Source: TPA_inf: Saccharomyces
Lineage: Eukaryota
DNA: 64,000 nt
Assembly: GCA_000146045.2 (NCBI GenBank)
Contig: BK006937.2
Coordinates: forward strand, 1 to 64,000
Direction of reading: 5' to 3'
Shown: piece by piece, positions 23,523-34,142 of the stretch
Layout: each line of letters opens with the position of its first letter
Numbering within the stretch: position 1 is the stretch's first letter
Notes under the pieces: generated by a model
What the model was told of the DNA's origin: nothing
The model's input: only the letters and a program-made list of their open reading frames with translations
Databases searched by the model: none
Translations under genes and position numbers: made by a program

Positions 23523-23981
23523 TCAGATGTGCAAGCCTGCTATAATAAGGTACAATAACTCAAGGGCATTTAGCAAGGAAAAAATGGGCAAGTGTAGCAT
23601 GAAAAAGAAAGGTGTGGGCAAGAATGTTGGTGTTGGCAAGAAAGTACAAAAAAAGAGGTCGATCAGCACCGCTGAAAGGAAGAGAACAAAGTTACAAGTG
23701 GAAAAGTTAAACAAAAGTAGTGAAACAATGATACCGACGCTGCTGCGGGAGGCAAGTACACAAGAGCCAGCTAAACTGAAAGCTGAGACTACTTTGAAAG
23801 CCGAGGAGCTGATCAAGGACCAGGAAAAGGACTCCAAGGTACGAGAGCAAATTCGGACAGAAAAATCAAAAACAAACGACAGCATGCTGAAGCAGATCGA
23901 AATGATATCCGGCTTTTCCTTATAGGGAATAGTGGTGAAAGTTACGTAAATATATACATATAGAGCGGAATGGTACTGCAT
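23523..23981 (-). CDS. FYV5: Small membrane protein (function required for survival upon K1 toxin exposure)
   Basis: 152 aa hydrophobic ORF that fully overlaps ADF1 on the opposite strand. Confidence 0.6.
   Translation of the reverse strand: MQYHSALYVYIYVTFTTIPYKEKPDIISICFSMLSFVFDFSVRICSRTLESFSWSLISSSAFKVVSAFSLAGSCVLASRSSVGIIVSLLLFNFSTCNFVLFLSAVLIDLFFCTFLPTPTFLPTPFFFMLHLPIFSLLNALELLYLIIAGLHI
23584..23925 (+). CDS. ADF1: Antisense-of-FYV5 ORF encoding a small lysine-rich nuclear protein
   Basis: 113 aa from MGKCSMKKKGVGKNVG... inside the 132-codon track ORF. It is fully antisense to FYV5. Confidence 0.6.
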   Translation: MGKCSMKKKGVGKNVGVGKKVQKKRSISTAERKRTKLQVEKLNKSSETMIPTLLREASTQEPAKLKAETTLKAEELIKDQEKDSKVREQIRTEKSKTNDSMLKQIEMISGFSL

Positions 23982-24031
23982 ATTTTTATTATTTTTTTTT
24001 TTGAATATATATAAAGCATCGTCGCTTAAGA

Positions 24032-24325
24032 CTAAACCTTCGAGGATCTGAGGCCAGCGCTGGATCTAAAGATGGCGTCGCCCTCGGCGTAGCCTCTTCC
24101 AACACCAAATCCAATGCCTAGCCATACAGGAAATGCACGGCGCTTGAAGAATAATACTGAGGTGAACACACCCACGCCAAAACCCATGGCAGTCTTGACC
24201 AGCATGTTGGACAGGACAATATCCCACTTAGTGTCGAGGATCGTGGACACGGAGCTGCCATTCTTGTTAGAATCCTTGGAGGGAGTGCTTTTCGCTGGTT
24301 GTTGTGTTTGTGCTTGTTCGGACAT
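24032..24325 (-). CDS. MIC10: MICOS complex subunit Mic10
   Basis: 97 aa. It has the glycine-zipper motifs [10 protein letters not shown] and GIGFGVGRG typical of Mic10. Confidence 0.85.
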
Positions 24326-24767
24326 GGTATATTTTGTCTTTTTCCGTGTTTATTCCCTCTCGTAGCAAAGTTAATCTGCCAATTGACAGTAGTTTAATAT
24401 ATGGTATTATCGTTGTTTGAAGCCCTTTAAAAGGAAAAAACGGGTTAGGGCCACCCGGCGCGAAGTAATAGCTGCTGATTGGTCAGAATAGTAAAACGGC
24501 TTGAATTGATAGTATATCGTACTGTATATACCTTATATTTGGGCTAATAATCATCTCCCAAATGCTCCAGTATACATGTCACCTAGCTATGTATGAGGTT
24601 GACTACCTTATATGCAGCTACTACACAATAACTGTAGTATCGCGCTGCACGAGCGTGACGGCGGTTAAATCTGGATTTTTTGCCACCTTTTTTATACGAA
24701 AATAAGAACTAGGTAAATAGGAAGGAATGGTTGGATTTGAGTTTAAAAATAGAGGGAATACTTGGAG

Positions 24768-26906
24768 ATGCGATTGTTGCTGTGCAAGAATTGGTTTGCG
24801 TCACCTGTAATCTCACCACTACTGTATACCCGCTCCTTATATTCAATGGCTAACACTACTAGTTTCCCTATTGCTCCCCAGGCCCCGCCTAATTGGTCGT
24901 TCACTCCCAGCGATATTAGTGGGAAAACCAACGAAATCATCAACAACAGCAACAATTTCTATGATTCTATGAGTAAGGTAGAGAGCCCTTCCGTGAGTAA
25001 TTTTGTGGAGCCTTTCATGAAGTTTGAAAATGAATTGGGCCCAATAATTAACCAATTAACTTTCTTACAGCATGTGTCGTCTGATAAAGAAATTAGGGAC
25101 GCATCTGTGAACTCCTCAATGAAACTGGATGAGTTGAACATCGATCTATCTCTGCGTCACGACATCTTTTTGCAATTCGCCCGCGTCTGGCAGGATGTTC
25201 AATCGAAGGCAGATTCTGTGGAAAGAGAAACTTTCAAATACGTTGAGAAGTCTTACAAGGACTACATTCATTCTGGTTTGGAACTTGACGAGGGAAACCG
25301 ATTGAAAATCAAAGAGATCAAAAAGAAGATCTCCGTTAACTCTATTAATTTTTCGAAGAATCTGGGAGAACAAAAGGAATACATCACTTTCACCAAAGAA
25401 CAATTGGAAGGTGTGCCGGATTCTATTTTGACGCAGTTCGAGACAATAAAATCTGACAAAGATAGCAATGAAACCTTGTATAAAGTCACCTTCAAATATC
25501 CGGACATTTTTCCCGTGATGAAATTGGCATCCTCAGCTCAGACTAGAAAGCAGGCCTTTTTGGCCGACCAAAATAAGGTCCCTGAAAATGAAGCTATACT
25601 GTTGGATACATTGAAGCTGCGTGACGAATTGGCCTCGTTATTGGGCTATGACACGTATGCGAACTACAACCTGTATGATAAAATGGCTGAAGATAGCACT
25701 ACGGTAATGAACTTTTTGAATGATTTGAAGGACAAGCTAATTCCGCTGGGCAGAAAGGAACTACAGGTCTTGCAAGATATGAAAGCCGAAGATGTTAAGA
25801 AACTTAACCAGGGTGCAGATCCAAACTACTACATTTGGGACCACCGTTACTACGATAACAAATATTTGTTAGAAAACTTCAATGTGGACCTAGAAAAGAT
25901 TTCTGAATATTTTCCACTAGAGGCTACGATTACTGGTATGCTGGAAATATACGAAACATTGTTTAATTTGAAGTTTATCGAGACGAAAGATTCTCAAAAC
26001 AAATCTGTTTGGCATGACGACGTCAAACAAATCGCCGTTTGGAATATGGATGATCCAAAGTCTCCAAACTTTGTTGGTTGGATTTATTTCGATTTACATC
26101 CTCGTGATGGTAAATATGGCCACGCTGCCAATTTTGGTTTATCGTCATCATTCATGATTGATGACACCACAAGATCGTATCCGGTTACTGCGTTGGTTTG
26201 CAATTTCTCCAAATCTACGAAGGATAAACCTTCTCTACTGAAGCATAACGAAATAGTGACCTTTTTCCATGAATTGGGCCATGGTATCCATGACCTGGTG
26301 GGACAAAACAAGGAATCGAGGTTTAATGGCCCCGGATCTGTTCCATGGGATTTTGTGGAGGCACCTTCCCAAATGTTAGAATTTTGGACTTGGAATAAGA
26401 ATGAATTAATCAACCTCTCATCACATTACAAAACGGGCGAAAAAATTCCAGAATCTTTGATCAATTCATTGATCAAAACTAAACACGTAAATGGTGCTTT
26501 ATTCACTCTAAGACAATTACATTTTGGGTTATTTGATATGAAAGTACATACTTGTAAAGACTTGCAAAACCTGTCAATTTGCGATACCTGGAACCAATTG
26601 AGACAGGATATTTCTTTGATTTCTAATGGTGGTACGTTATCCAAGGGTTATGATTCATTTGGCCATATAATGTCAGACTCTTACTCTGCCGGTTATTACG
26701 GTTATCTATGGGCGGAAGTCTTTGCAACTGATATGTATCACACCAAATTCGCTAAGGATCCGTTAAATGCCAAGAATGGGATACAATACCGTGATATTGT
26801 GTTGGCTCGTGGTGGCCTTTATGATATTAATGATAATCTGAAAGAATTTTTGGGTAGGGAACCTTCTAAGGATGCTTTCTTGAAGGAGCTGGGCTTACAG
26901 AACTAA
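24768..26906 (+). CDS. PRD1: Zinc metalloendopeptidase (M3 thimet oligopeptidase family; saccharolysin)
   Basis: 712 aa from MRLLLCKNW. The HEXXH motif FFHELGHGIHD is present. The track ORF starts at TTG 24762. Confidence 0.95.
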   Translation: MRLLLCKNWFASPVISPLLYTRSLYSMANTTSFPIAPQAPPNWSFTPSDISGKTNEIINNSNNFYDSMSKVESPSVSNFVEPFMKFENELGPIINQLTFLQHVSSDKEIRDASVNSSMKLDELNIDLSLRHDIFLQFARVWQDVQSKADSVERETFKYVEKSYKDYIHSGLELDEGNRLKIKEIKKKISVNSINFSKNLGEQKEYITFTKEQLEGVPDSILTQFETIKSDKDSNETLYKVTFKYPDIFPVMKLASSAQTRKQAFLADQNKVPENEAILLDTLKLRDELASLLGYDTYANYNLYDKMAEDSTTVMNFLNDLKDKLIPLGRKELQVLQDMKAEDVKKLNQGADPNYYIWDHRYYDNKYLLENFNVDLEKISEYFPLEATITGMLEIYETLFNLKFIETKDSQNKSVWHDDVKQIAVWNMDDPKSPNFVGWIYFDLHPRDGKYGHAANFGLSSSFMIDDTTRSYPVTALVCNFSKSTKDKPSLLKHNEIVTFFHELGHGIHDLVGQNKESRFNGPGSVPWDFVEAPSQMLEFWTWNKNELINLSSHYKTGEKIPESLINSLIKTKHVNGALFTLRQLHFGLFDMKVHTCKDLQNLSICDTWNQLRQDISLISNGGTLSKGYDSFGHIMSDSYSAGYYGYLWAEVFATDMYHTKFAKDPLNAKNGIQYRDIVLARGGLYDINDNLKEFLGREPSKDAFLKELGLQN

Positions 26907-26924
26907 ATTCGTTCAAGCATAAAA

Positions 26925-27359
26925 TTATACAATTATTCTACAAAGTGTTATTATGTTAGATAATCTTTTAAATAACCTCGTCCCTGGATAGATTAAAACC
27001 ATTAAATAGCTCAAATCTTGGAGTAAAGCAGCAGTAATATGTCTGATATGTTCGTTATATTTTTTCTTGAAGTTTATCAACTTATCCTTTACTAGACCAT
27101 TTCCCTCCCCATCCAATCGTTGATCGATTTTAAATTTCACCTTGCATAATTTTATTAATTTCCATACACATTTTATCACTGAAATGCACGAGTAACACAG
27201 CCAAACTTTCCGTAATAGCCCACTTACATATAACTTATCGTTGACCACGCCTAGGTTTTCCAATACTGCGAAGAAATCAAGCAGCGAACTTACACCACTC
27301 CATATATTCTCCCATATATCTTTTGCACTGATTTCAGCCGTATTTTTCTTCGAAACCAT
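26925..27359 (-). CDS. PEX34: Peroxisomal integral membrane protein
   Basis: 144 aa, MVSKKNTAEISAKDIWEN.... Recognised from sequence. Confidence 0.85.
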   Translation of the reverse strand: MVSKKNTAEISAKDIWENIWSGVSSLLDFFAVLENLGVVNDKLYVSGLLRKVWLCYSCISVIKCVWKLIKLCKVKFKIDQRLDGEGNGLVKDKLINFKKKYNEHIRHITAALLQDLSYLMVLIYPGTRLFKRLSNIITLCRIIV

Positions 27360-27928
27360 TCAACTTTCTTTTCTTCTTCCTTTACTTTTATTCATCTCCT
27401 CTTTACTTCTTACCTCAGAGTCGAACATTGAAATCATTTCCCGCGAATTTTTCGATTATAATTACCCTTTCTACTTAACAAGAAGCAATAAGAGCAAAGG
27501 GGCGAAATGCTTGTCCCATACTTTGGCTTTTGGATGTGACATTAGGAGCCTTATCTCCTCTTAATGCCTTAAGTCAAAAAATAGTTTTTGGGATATATCT
27601 TGTGATCAAATGCTTTGCAAAAGGGTAAAACAGCGTTTACAATAGGATAGCCAAAAGTAAAAAAAAAAAAAAAAAAAAAAAGAAGGAAGTTAGTATCGAG
27701 CTCAAACAATTTTAGTTTTGCTGGACATATTTTCAGTTTCATTACTGTATATTTGCAGCTTGGTTTTTGTCGCTCTGTAGTCTTGTTTCACACTTCGTCA
27801 TTTCCGAGTTTCATCTTGCGACATAACTTGTTTCAACTTTTCAAGTGCGACTTTTTGTTAAATATTATGACATAGAAGAAAGTAGAACAGCCATTATAAA
27901 ACAAAAGAGAAGTGAGAATACTATTAAG

Positions 27929-28936
27929 ATGGCATTCCAAGATCCAACTTACGACCAGAATAAAAGCAGACACATCAACAACAGTCACTTGCAAGGGCCA
28001 AACCAGGAAACAATAGAAATGAAATCTAAACACGTATCATTCAAACCCTCTAGAGACTTCCATACAAACGATTACTCGAATAACTACATTCATGGGAAGT
28101 CGCTACCGCAACAGCATGTTACTAATATTGAGAATAGGGTTGATGGCTATCCAAAACTTCAGAAATTATTTCAGGCGAAAGCTAAACAAATAAATCAATT
28201 TGCCACTACGCCATTTGGGTGTAAAATCGGAATAGATTCCATTGTTCCAACGTTGAATCACTGGATACAGAACGAAAATTTGACTTTCGACGTGGTGATG
28301 ATTGGCTGCTTAACAGAAAATCAGTTTATTTACCCAATTTTAACCCAATTGCCATTGGATAGATTGATCTCCAAACCAGGTTTCCTGTTCATCTGGGCCA
28401 ATTCTCAAAAAATCAATGAACTTACTAAACTTTTGAATAATGAAATATGGGCTAAAAAGTTTAGAAGAAGTGAAGAATTGGTTTTTGTTCCTATTGACAA
28501 GAAATCACCGTTTTATCCAGGTTTAGATCAGGACGATGAAACGTTGATGGAAAAAATGCAATGGCACTGTTGGATGTGTATCACAGGTACAGTAAGGAGG
28601 TCTACAGATGGACATCTTATTCATTGTAACGTAGACACTGACTTGAGTATCGAAACGAAGGACACCACTAATGGTGCTGTACCATCCCATTTGTATCGTA
28701 TTGCAGAAAACTTCTCTACCGCGACTAGACGATTACATATTATTCCTGCAAGGACTGGTTACGAGACACCCGTCAAAGTAAGACCTGGCTGGGTTATAGT
28801 GAGCCCAGATGTTATGTTGGATAACTTCTCACCCAAGAGATATAAAGAAGAGATAGCTAATTTAGGTTCGAATATCCCATTAAAAAATGAGATTGAGCTG
28901 TTAAGACCAAGAAGTCCAGTACAAAAAGCACAATAA
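27929..28936 (+). CDS. KAR4: MT-A70-family (METTL14-like) transcription/karyogamy factor
   Basis: 335 aa from MAFQDPTYDQ. A second in-frame Met at codon 31 (28019) is consistent with the known two isoforms. The track start at 27845 is a GTG. Confidence 0.9.
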   Translation: MAFQDPTYDQNKSRHINNSHLQGPNQETIEMKSKHVSFKPSRDFHTNDYSNNYIHGKSLPQQHVTNIENRVDGYPKLQKLFQAKAKQINQFATTPFGCKIGIDSIVPTLNHWIQNENLTFDVVMIGCLTENQFIYPILTQLPLDRLISKPGFLFIWANSQKINELTKLLNNEIWAKKFRRSEELVFVPIDKKSPFYPGLDQDDETLMEKMQWHCWMCITGTVRRSTDGHLIHCNVDTDLSIETKDTTNGAVPSHLYRIAENFSTATRRLHIIPARTGYETPVKVRPGWVIVSPDVMLDNFSPKRYKEEIANLGSNIPLKNEIELLRPRSPVQKAQ

Positions 28937-28999
28937 AGCATCAACACATAAATCCTTGCTTAGCTCAATTAAATATACTAGTAAATAAGTATATAAACA

Positions 29000-30700
29000 A
29001 TAATTTTGCATTTTATTTTACTGGAAACTCTTCTCAAAACCAAATTGCGCAAGGATTGATTCAGTACAATTATGCAAACTCGAAAAGTAAATAAACAAAA
29101 AGATACAGTTGAGTGAAAGGTAAATAAACATTATTCTACTTGATTTTCCTCTGTTTTTTCCATTTTTCTTTTTTGTCTTTTCGTGTTCTAGCGTGTTCAC
29201 TTTTTCAGCCATGTAATTACTTAAATAGGAAGTTTACACGATGTTCTCGCATAAAAAGCTGGAAGTGCAGAACAAAGAGGAAGAAAATAGGAACAGAGAA
29301 TTTGTTTGTTTATTTGTTTGTTTGCTTGTTTGTTTGTTTGTTTTGATTTGAAGTCGAGGTACTTATTCGAAATAATTATTTTGCCCAGGGTTTTGGATAG
29401 TTTTTTGTTTTCCAATTAGATTTTTAGAAATATTTTATCATAGTTTTTTGTTTATTTATTTGTTTATTTATTTGTTGATTTGTTTATTTATTTGTTGGTT
29501 TGTTTATTTAAGTTTGTAAATGTTTAATAAACAAAACAATATTTGCAAGCCATTGAAAACTTTGTAAATTTGTTTGAGAATTTACGAAACAATGAAAATT
29601 AAGGACTCTTTGATGGTGAACGAATTACTACTTTGCAGCAGGTAATTCTCTAAAACTCAGAAACAAGGCATGTATTTTTCACTAGGAAAAAGAAGGAAAA
29701 TGGGACTACAGTATTAGGGAAACAGGATTAAAATTCGTAGGTAATAATAACCCATACTTTCATTGTAGCAGTACTTTCGTTAATAAAATGGATATTGTTG
29801 TACTTCGGTAGATGTTATATTCTAAAGAGTTAAATTATCCAATTCCAAATTCTAGGGACGGTTTCCAAAGATTTGTATTGTCCAGTGACATAATTTTCAC
29901 TAAAACATTGATCTGTTTAATAGGTTTGCTATAAATGCACAATAATTTTTCACCCATGATACCCAATTTCAAGAGAAGCAATTGCTACATATAATTATTT
30001 AGGCTTTACTATCTACTACTCATTGACTGTGCCCTTTTACACAATTATAACAAATATGTCAAAGCAGATGCCATGAACTTTGTATCTGAATTTTTGATTT
30101 CCTTTTAATTCTAATTGCAGACGACGTAAATATAGTTCTGAATTTCAAAGTCACTGTTAATTAATTGTTCTAATTGTTTGGTTTTTTTAATATAAATCAC
30201 TAGTGCTTAAGTTCTGTTGACGCACACAGTACCTATCTTTGATTCCTTCGTGCAAACAGTATTCCGGCACGTTAATTGATACCAAAAAGATTTCAAAATC
30301 AGATGCTTCAAGACTAATTGTATACTTTATGTGACTTCTGGAGTTTAATTTGTTGTATTGATGAGATAATATTGTCTATTATATTGCCAATAACAACCAG
30401 CGCCAGGTGTACTAAGTCGAGATGACAGAAAATTTATAATAAGTGTAAATACAATAAATTTTGTAAATAAATAACTACTTCAATAGAAATCTCAAAGTCG
30501 AAGAAACACAGAACACAGAATGAAACTGGACTAAATGATTTTCAATAAAGGAAAAGCACGAAAAATTTTTTGAACTTTTTTGGGACAGCGTGGATCGTGT
30601 AATTACTGTATTGGGAAATTTACACGATTCTCGACAAATAAAGAAAAAGGCGCGTTTAAAGACTTACAAGCACACCTTTGAATTATTTTTGTTCTCTATG
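29000..30700. promoter_or_regulatory. Recombination enhancer (RE) region of mating-type switching, with two alpha2-Mcm1 operators and Fkh1-site arrays
   Basis: Operator 1 (29210-29240) is CATGTAATTACTTAAATAGGAAGTTTACACG. Operator 2 (30596-30626) is CGTGTAATTACTGTATTGGGAAATTTACACG. TTT(G/A) arrays lie at 29284-29345 and 29440-29515 and contain RYMAAYA forkhead motifs. It lies in the KAR4-SPB1 intergenic region. Confidence 0.8.
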
Positions 30701-31448
30701 ATTATCAAATGTGCTAGTGTTTGCAAGATGGTGCTTTTTTTTCTTTAGATTGCCACGTTTCTGCTCCTCTTTGTGGTTTTCTTTTTTTTTTTCAATCTTA
30801 CTTATAAAATGAATATTTCAATTGATGAATAGCTATATATTGGATACAAAAATTAGCATTTAATCGAAAACTGCAGCATGTATTTAATCGAAAACTACAG
30901 CATGTAGCTATGATACGACAGAAGATTTTTGTTTTTATAGTTAAGTCAAGAAGAAATTCTATTTGTCCAGCAATCCGGCGCAAAGAAGACTACTAAAGGG
31001 TATTGAAAAATTTCTAGAACCAGAAATAATCGAAAGCATTACTTTTTTTGGCTCTATAAAGGAGTTCTGGACAGCTTGAACTTCCGAAGTCTGTCTGTTT
31101 AGCTCGTTAAGATAAATCTCAAAAGAGTAGCAAGCAGGTGGGAGGGATAATTTGGATTAAAGTGTATATATTGCGTATATATAGCCACGTAAACCTCACA
31201 CTATTGAGTTTAAACATTTTTCACCTTACGTTATTATTCTTTTGTCTAATTTTAATCTCCTCCAGTATACTAAAACCGCAAAAGCGGGTTACCCAGCTTG
31301 TTTCTTTTTGTCTGAAAAATTTTTTGCGATGCCCATTATGAAAAATTGGCAATAATAGTATAGTAGTTAGTTTAAGTTTAGATTCTTTCAATACTCATTC
31401 TGCTTCAGTTTGTAGTTAGATTTAACTCAATAGAGGTGATTGGCAAAA

Positions 31449-33974
31449 ATGGGTAAGACACAAAAGAAGAATAGTAAGGGACGTTTAGATAGATACTATT
31501 ATCTAGCAAAGGAGAAAGGTTATCGTGCTCGTTCATCCTTTAAGATTATTCAGATTAATGAAAAGTATGGCCACTTCTTAGAAAAATCGAAGGTTGTTAT
31601 TGATCTGTGTGCTGCTCCTGGTTCATGGTGTCAAGTTGCATCCAAACTCTGTCCTGTCAACTCCTTAATTATTGGTGTTGATATTGTTCCAATGAAGCCG
31701 ATGCCCAATGTTATAACTTTTCAAAGTGATATTACAACAGAAGATTGTAGATCAAAATTGAGGGGTTATATGAAGACTTGGAAAGCTGATACAGTGTTGC
31801 ATGATGGTGCTCCTAATGTTGGTTTGGGTTGGGTTCAGGATGCTTTCACCCAATCTCAATTAACCTTACAAGCTTTGAAGTTGGCCGTCGAAAATTTGGT
31901 GGTGAACGGTACTTTTGTTACTAAAATTTTCAGATCCAAGGATTATAATAAATTGATTTGGGTTTTCCAACAATTGTTTGAGAAAGTTGAAGCCACAAAA
32001 CCACCCGCATCAAGAAATGTTTCTGCAGAAATTTTTGTAGTGTGTAAAGGTTTCAAGGCACCAAAGAGGCTGGACCCAAGATTACTGGATCCAAAAGAAG
32101 TTTTTGAAGAATTGCCAGATGGGCAACAGAATATGGAGTCCAAGATTTATAATCCCGAAAAAAAAGTTAGAAAAAGACAAGGTTATGAGGAAGGTGATAA
32201 TTTACTGTATCATGAAACCTCAATTTTGGATTTTGTCAGGACGGAAGACCCAATAAGCATGCTTGGAGAAATGAATAAGTTTACAATTGATGAGAATGAC
32301 CATGAATGGAAGATCTTGAAGAAATTGAAACAAACCACAGACGAGTTCCGTTCCTGTATTGAAGATTTAAAAGTCTTGGGTAAAAAGGATTTTAAAATGA
32401 TCCTAAGATGGAGAAAGATTGCAAGGGAAATCTTGGGCATCGAAGTTAAGGACGACGCTAAAACAGAAATTGAAGTAGTACCGTTAACAGAAGAGGAGCA
32501 AATTGAAAAAGATTTGCAAGGTTTACAGGAGAAGCAGCGTCTAAATGTCAAGCGCGAAAGAAGAAGGAAGAACGAAATGAAGCAAAAGGAACTACAGAGA
32601 ATGCAAATGAACATGATAACCCCCACTGATATTGGTATTGAAGCCGCAAGTTTGGGTAAAGAATCGTTGTTTAATTTGAAAACTGCAGAAAAGACTGGTA
32701 TCTTGAACGACTTGGCGAAGGGTAAGAAAAGAATGATTTTTACAGACGATGAATTAGCCAAAGATAATGATATTTACATTGATGAAAACATCATGATCAA
32801 AGATAAGGATTCTGCCGCTGATGCGGACGATTTAGAAAGCGAGTTGAATGCCATGTATAGTGATTATAAAACTAGAAGGTCGGAAAGGGATGCCAAGTTT
32901 AGAGCTAAGCAAGCACGTGGTGGCGATAATGAGGAAGAATGGACCGGTTTTAATGAGGGAAGTCTAGAAAAGAAAGAAGAGGAAGGTAAAGATTATATCG
33001 AAGACAATGACGATGAAGGTGTCGAAGGAGACTCCGATGATGATGAAGCCATCACCAATTTGATTAGCAAATTGAAGGGACAAGAAGGTGATCACAAATT
33101 GAGTAGTAAGGCACGTATGATTTTCAATGATCCGATATTTAATAACGTTGAACCTGATTTGCCAGTAAATACCGTCAATGATGGCATAATGAGTTCCGAG
33201 TCTGTTGGTGATATTTCTAAATTAAATAAGAAAAGAAAACATGAAGAAATGCACCAGAAACAAGATGAAGCAGATTCTTCGGATGAGAGTTCAAGTGATG
33301 ACTCCGATTTCGAAATTGTGGCCAACGATAATGCATCAGAAGAATTCGATTCTGATTATGATTCAGAGGAAGAAAAAAATCAAACAAAGAAAGAAAAGCA
33401 TTCCAGAGACATTGATATTGCTACTGTTGAAGCCATGACTTTGGCACATCAGTTAGCATTGGGTCAGAAAAACAAGCATGATCTTGTTGATGAAGGTTTC
33501 AATAGATACACCTTCCGTGACACCGAAAATTTGCCAGATTGGTTTTTAGAAGATGAAAAGGAACATTCAAAGATAAATAAGCCGATTACTAAGGAGGCAG
33601 CGATGGCAATTAAAGAAAAAATAAAGGCAATGAACGCCCGTCCTATTAAGAAGGTTGCTGAAGCTAAGGCAAGAAAGAGGATGCGTGCCGTAGCTCGGTT
33701 AGAAAAGATCAAGAAGAAGGCGGGCTTGATTAACGATGATTCAGACAAGACAGAGAAGGACAAGGCTGAAGAAATTTCTAGATTGATGCGTAAGGTTACC
33801 AAAAAACCAAAGACCAAGCCAAAGGTTACTTTGGTTGTTGCCTCAGGTAGGAACAAAGGTTTGGCAGGTAGACCAAAGGGCGTTAAGGGTAAGTATAAGA
33901 TGGTTGATGGTGTCATGAAGAATGAACAAAGAGCCCTAAGACGTATCGCAAAGAAGCATCACAAGAAAAAGTAG
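31449..33974 (+). CDS. SPB1: FtsJ/RrmJ-type 27S pre-rRNA 2'-O-ribose methyltransferase
   Basis: 841 aa from MGKTQKKNSKGRLDRYYY. The SAM-binding motif DLCAAPGSW is present. It has an acidic, Ser-rich middle and a basic tail. The track ORF starts at TTG 31440. Confidence 0.95.
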   Translation: MGKTQKKNSKGRLDRYYYLAKEKGYRARSSFKIIQINEKYGHFLEKSKVVIDLCAAPGSWCQVASKLCPVNSLIIGVDIVPMKPMPNVITFQSDITTEDCRSKLRGYMKTWKADTVLHDGAPNVGLGWVQDAFTQSQLTLQALKLAVENLVVNGTFVTKIFRSKDYNKLIWVFQQLFEKVEATKPPASRNVSAEIFVVCKGFKAPKRLDPRLLDPKEVFEELPDGQQNMESKIYNPEKKVRKRQGYEEGDNLLYHETSILDFVRTEDPISMLGEMNKFTIDENDHEWKILKKLKQTTDEFRSCIEDLKVLGKKDFKMILRWRKIAREILGIEVKDDAKTEIEVVPLTEEEQIEKDLQGLQEKQRLNVKRERRRKNEMKQKELQRMQMNMITPTDIGIEAASLGKESLFNLKTAEKTGILNDLAKGKKRMIFTDDELAKDNDIYIDENIMIKDKDSAADADDLESELNAMYSDYKTRRSERDAKFRAKQARGGDNEEEWTGFNEGSLEKKEEEGKDYIEDNDDEGVEGDSDDDEAITNLISKLKGQEGDHKLSSKARMIFNDPIFNNVEPDLPVNTVNDGIMSSESVGDISKLNKKRKHEEMHQKQDEADSSDESSSDDSDFEIVANDNASEEFDSDYDSEEEKNQTKKEKHSRDIDIATVEAMTLAHQLALGQKNKHDLVDEGFNRYTFRDTENLPDWFLEDEKEHSKINKPITKEAAMAIKEKIKAMNARPIKKVAEAKARKRMRAVARLEKIKKKAGLINDDSDKTEKDKAEEISRLMRKVTKKPKTKPKVTLVVASGRNKGLAGRPKGVKGKYKMVDGVMKNEQRALRRIAKKHHKKK

Positions 33975-34142
33975 TAACAAAGAGCATTATTTTTCCATTC
34001 CCTTGTATAATATTGAAAATAAAGGAAAAGAAAGCAATAGATATATTATGTATACATAGAATTAATCAAATTATCATCAAAAAACTTATAGGAAACCTAT
34101 CGTTTTGAATTCAGAAAATACGAGTGCACAGTAGAACAATTT

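Noticed and set aside
27845-27928. N-terminal 28-codon extension of KAR4 in the ORF track
   Set aside because: Codon 27845 is GTG, not ATG. No in-frame ATG lies upstream of 27929.
29140-29415. ORF-track ORFs of 64-68 codons on both strands within the RE (for example MIFLCFFHFSFLSF... and MENKKLSKTLGKII...)
   Set aside because: They are composed of TTTG/CAAA repeat translations (FVCLFVCLF, QTNKQANKQINKQ). They overlap operator and forkhead-site arrays, so they are regulatory DNA rather than coding.
30798-30983. 61-codon minus-strand ORF spanning the 27-bp tandem repeat
   Set aside because: Its frame is produced by the repeat itself (CCSFRLNTCCSFRLN), so it is not a gene. The repeat is reported separately as a finding.
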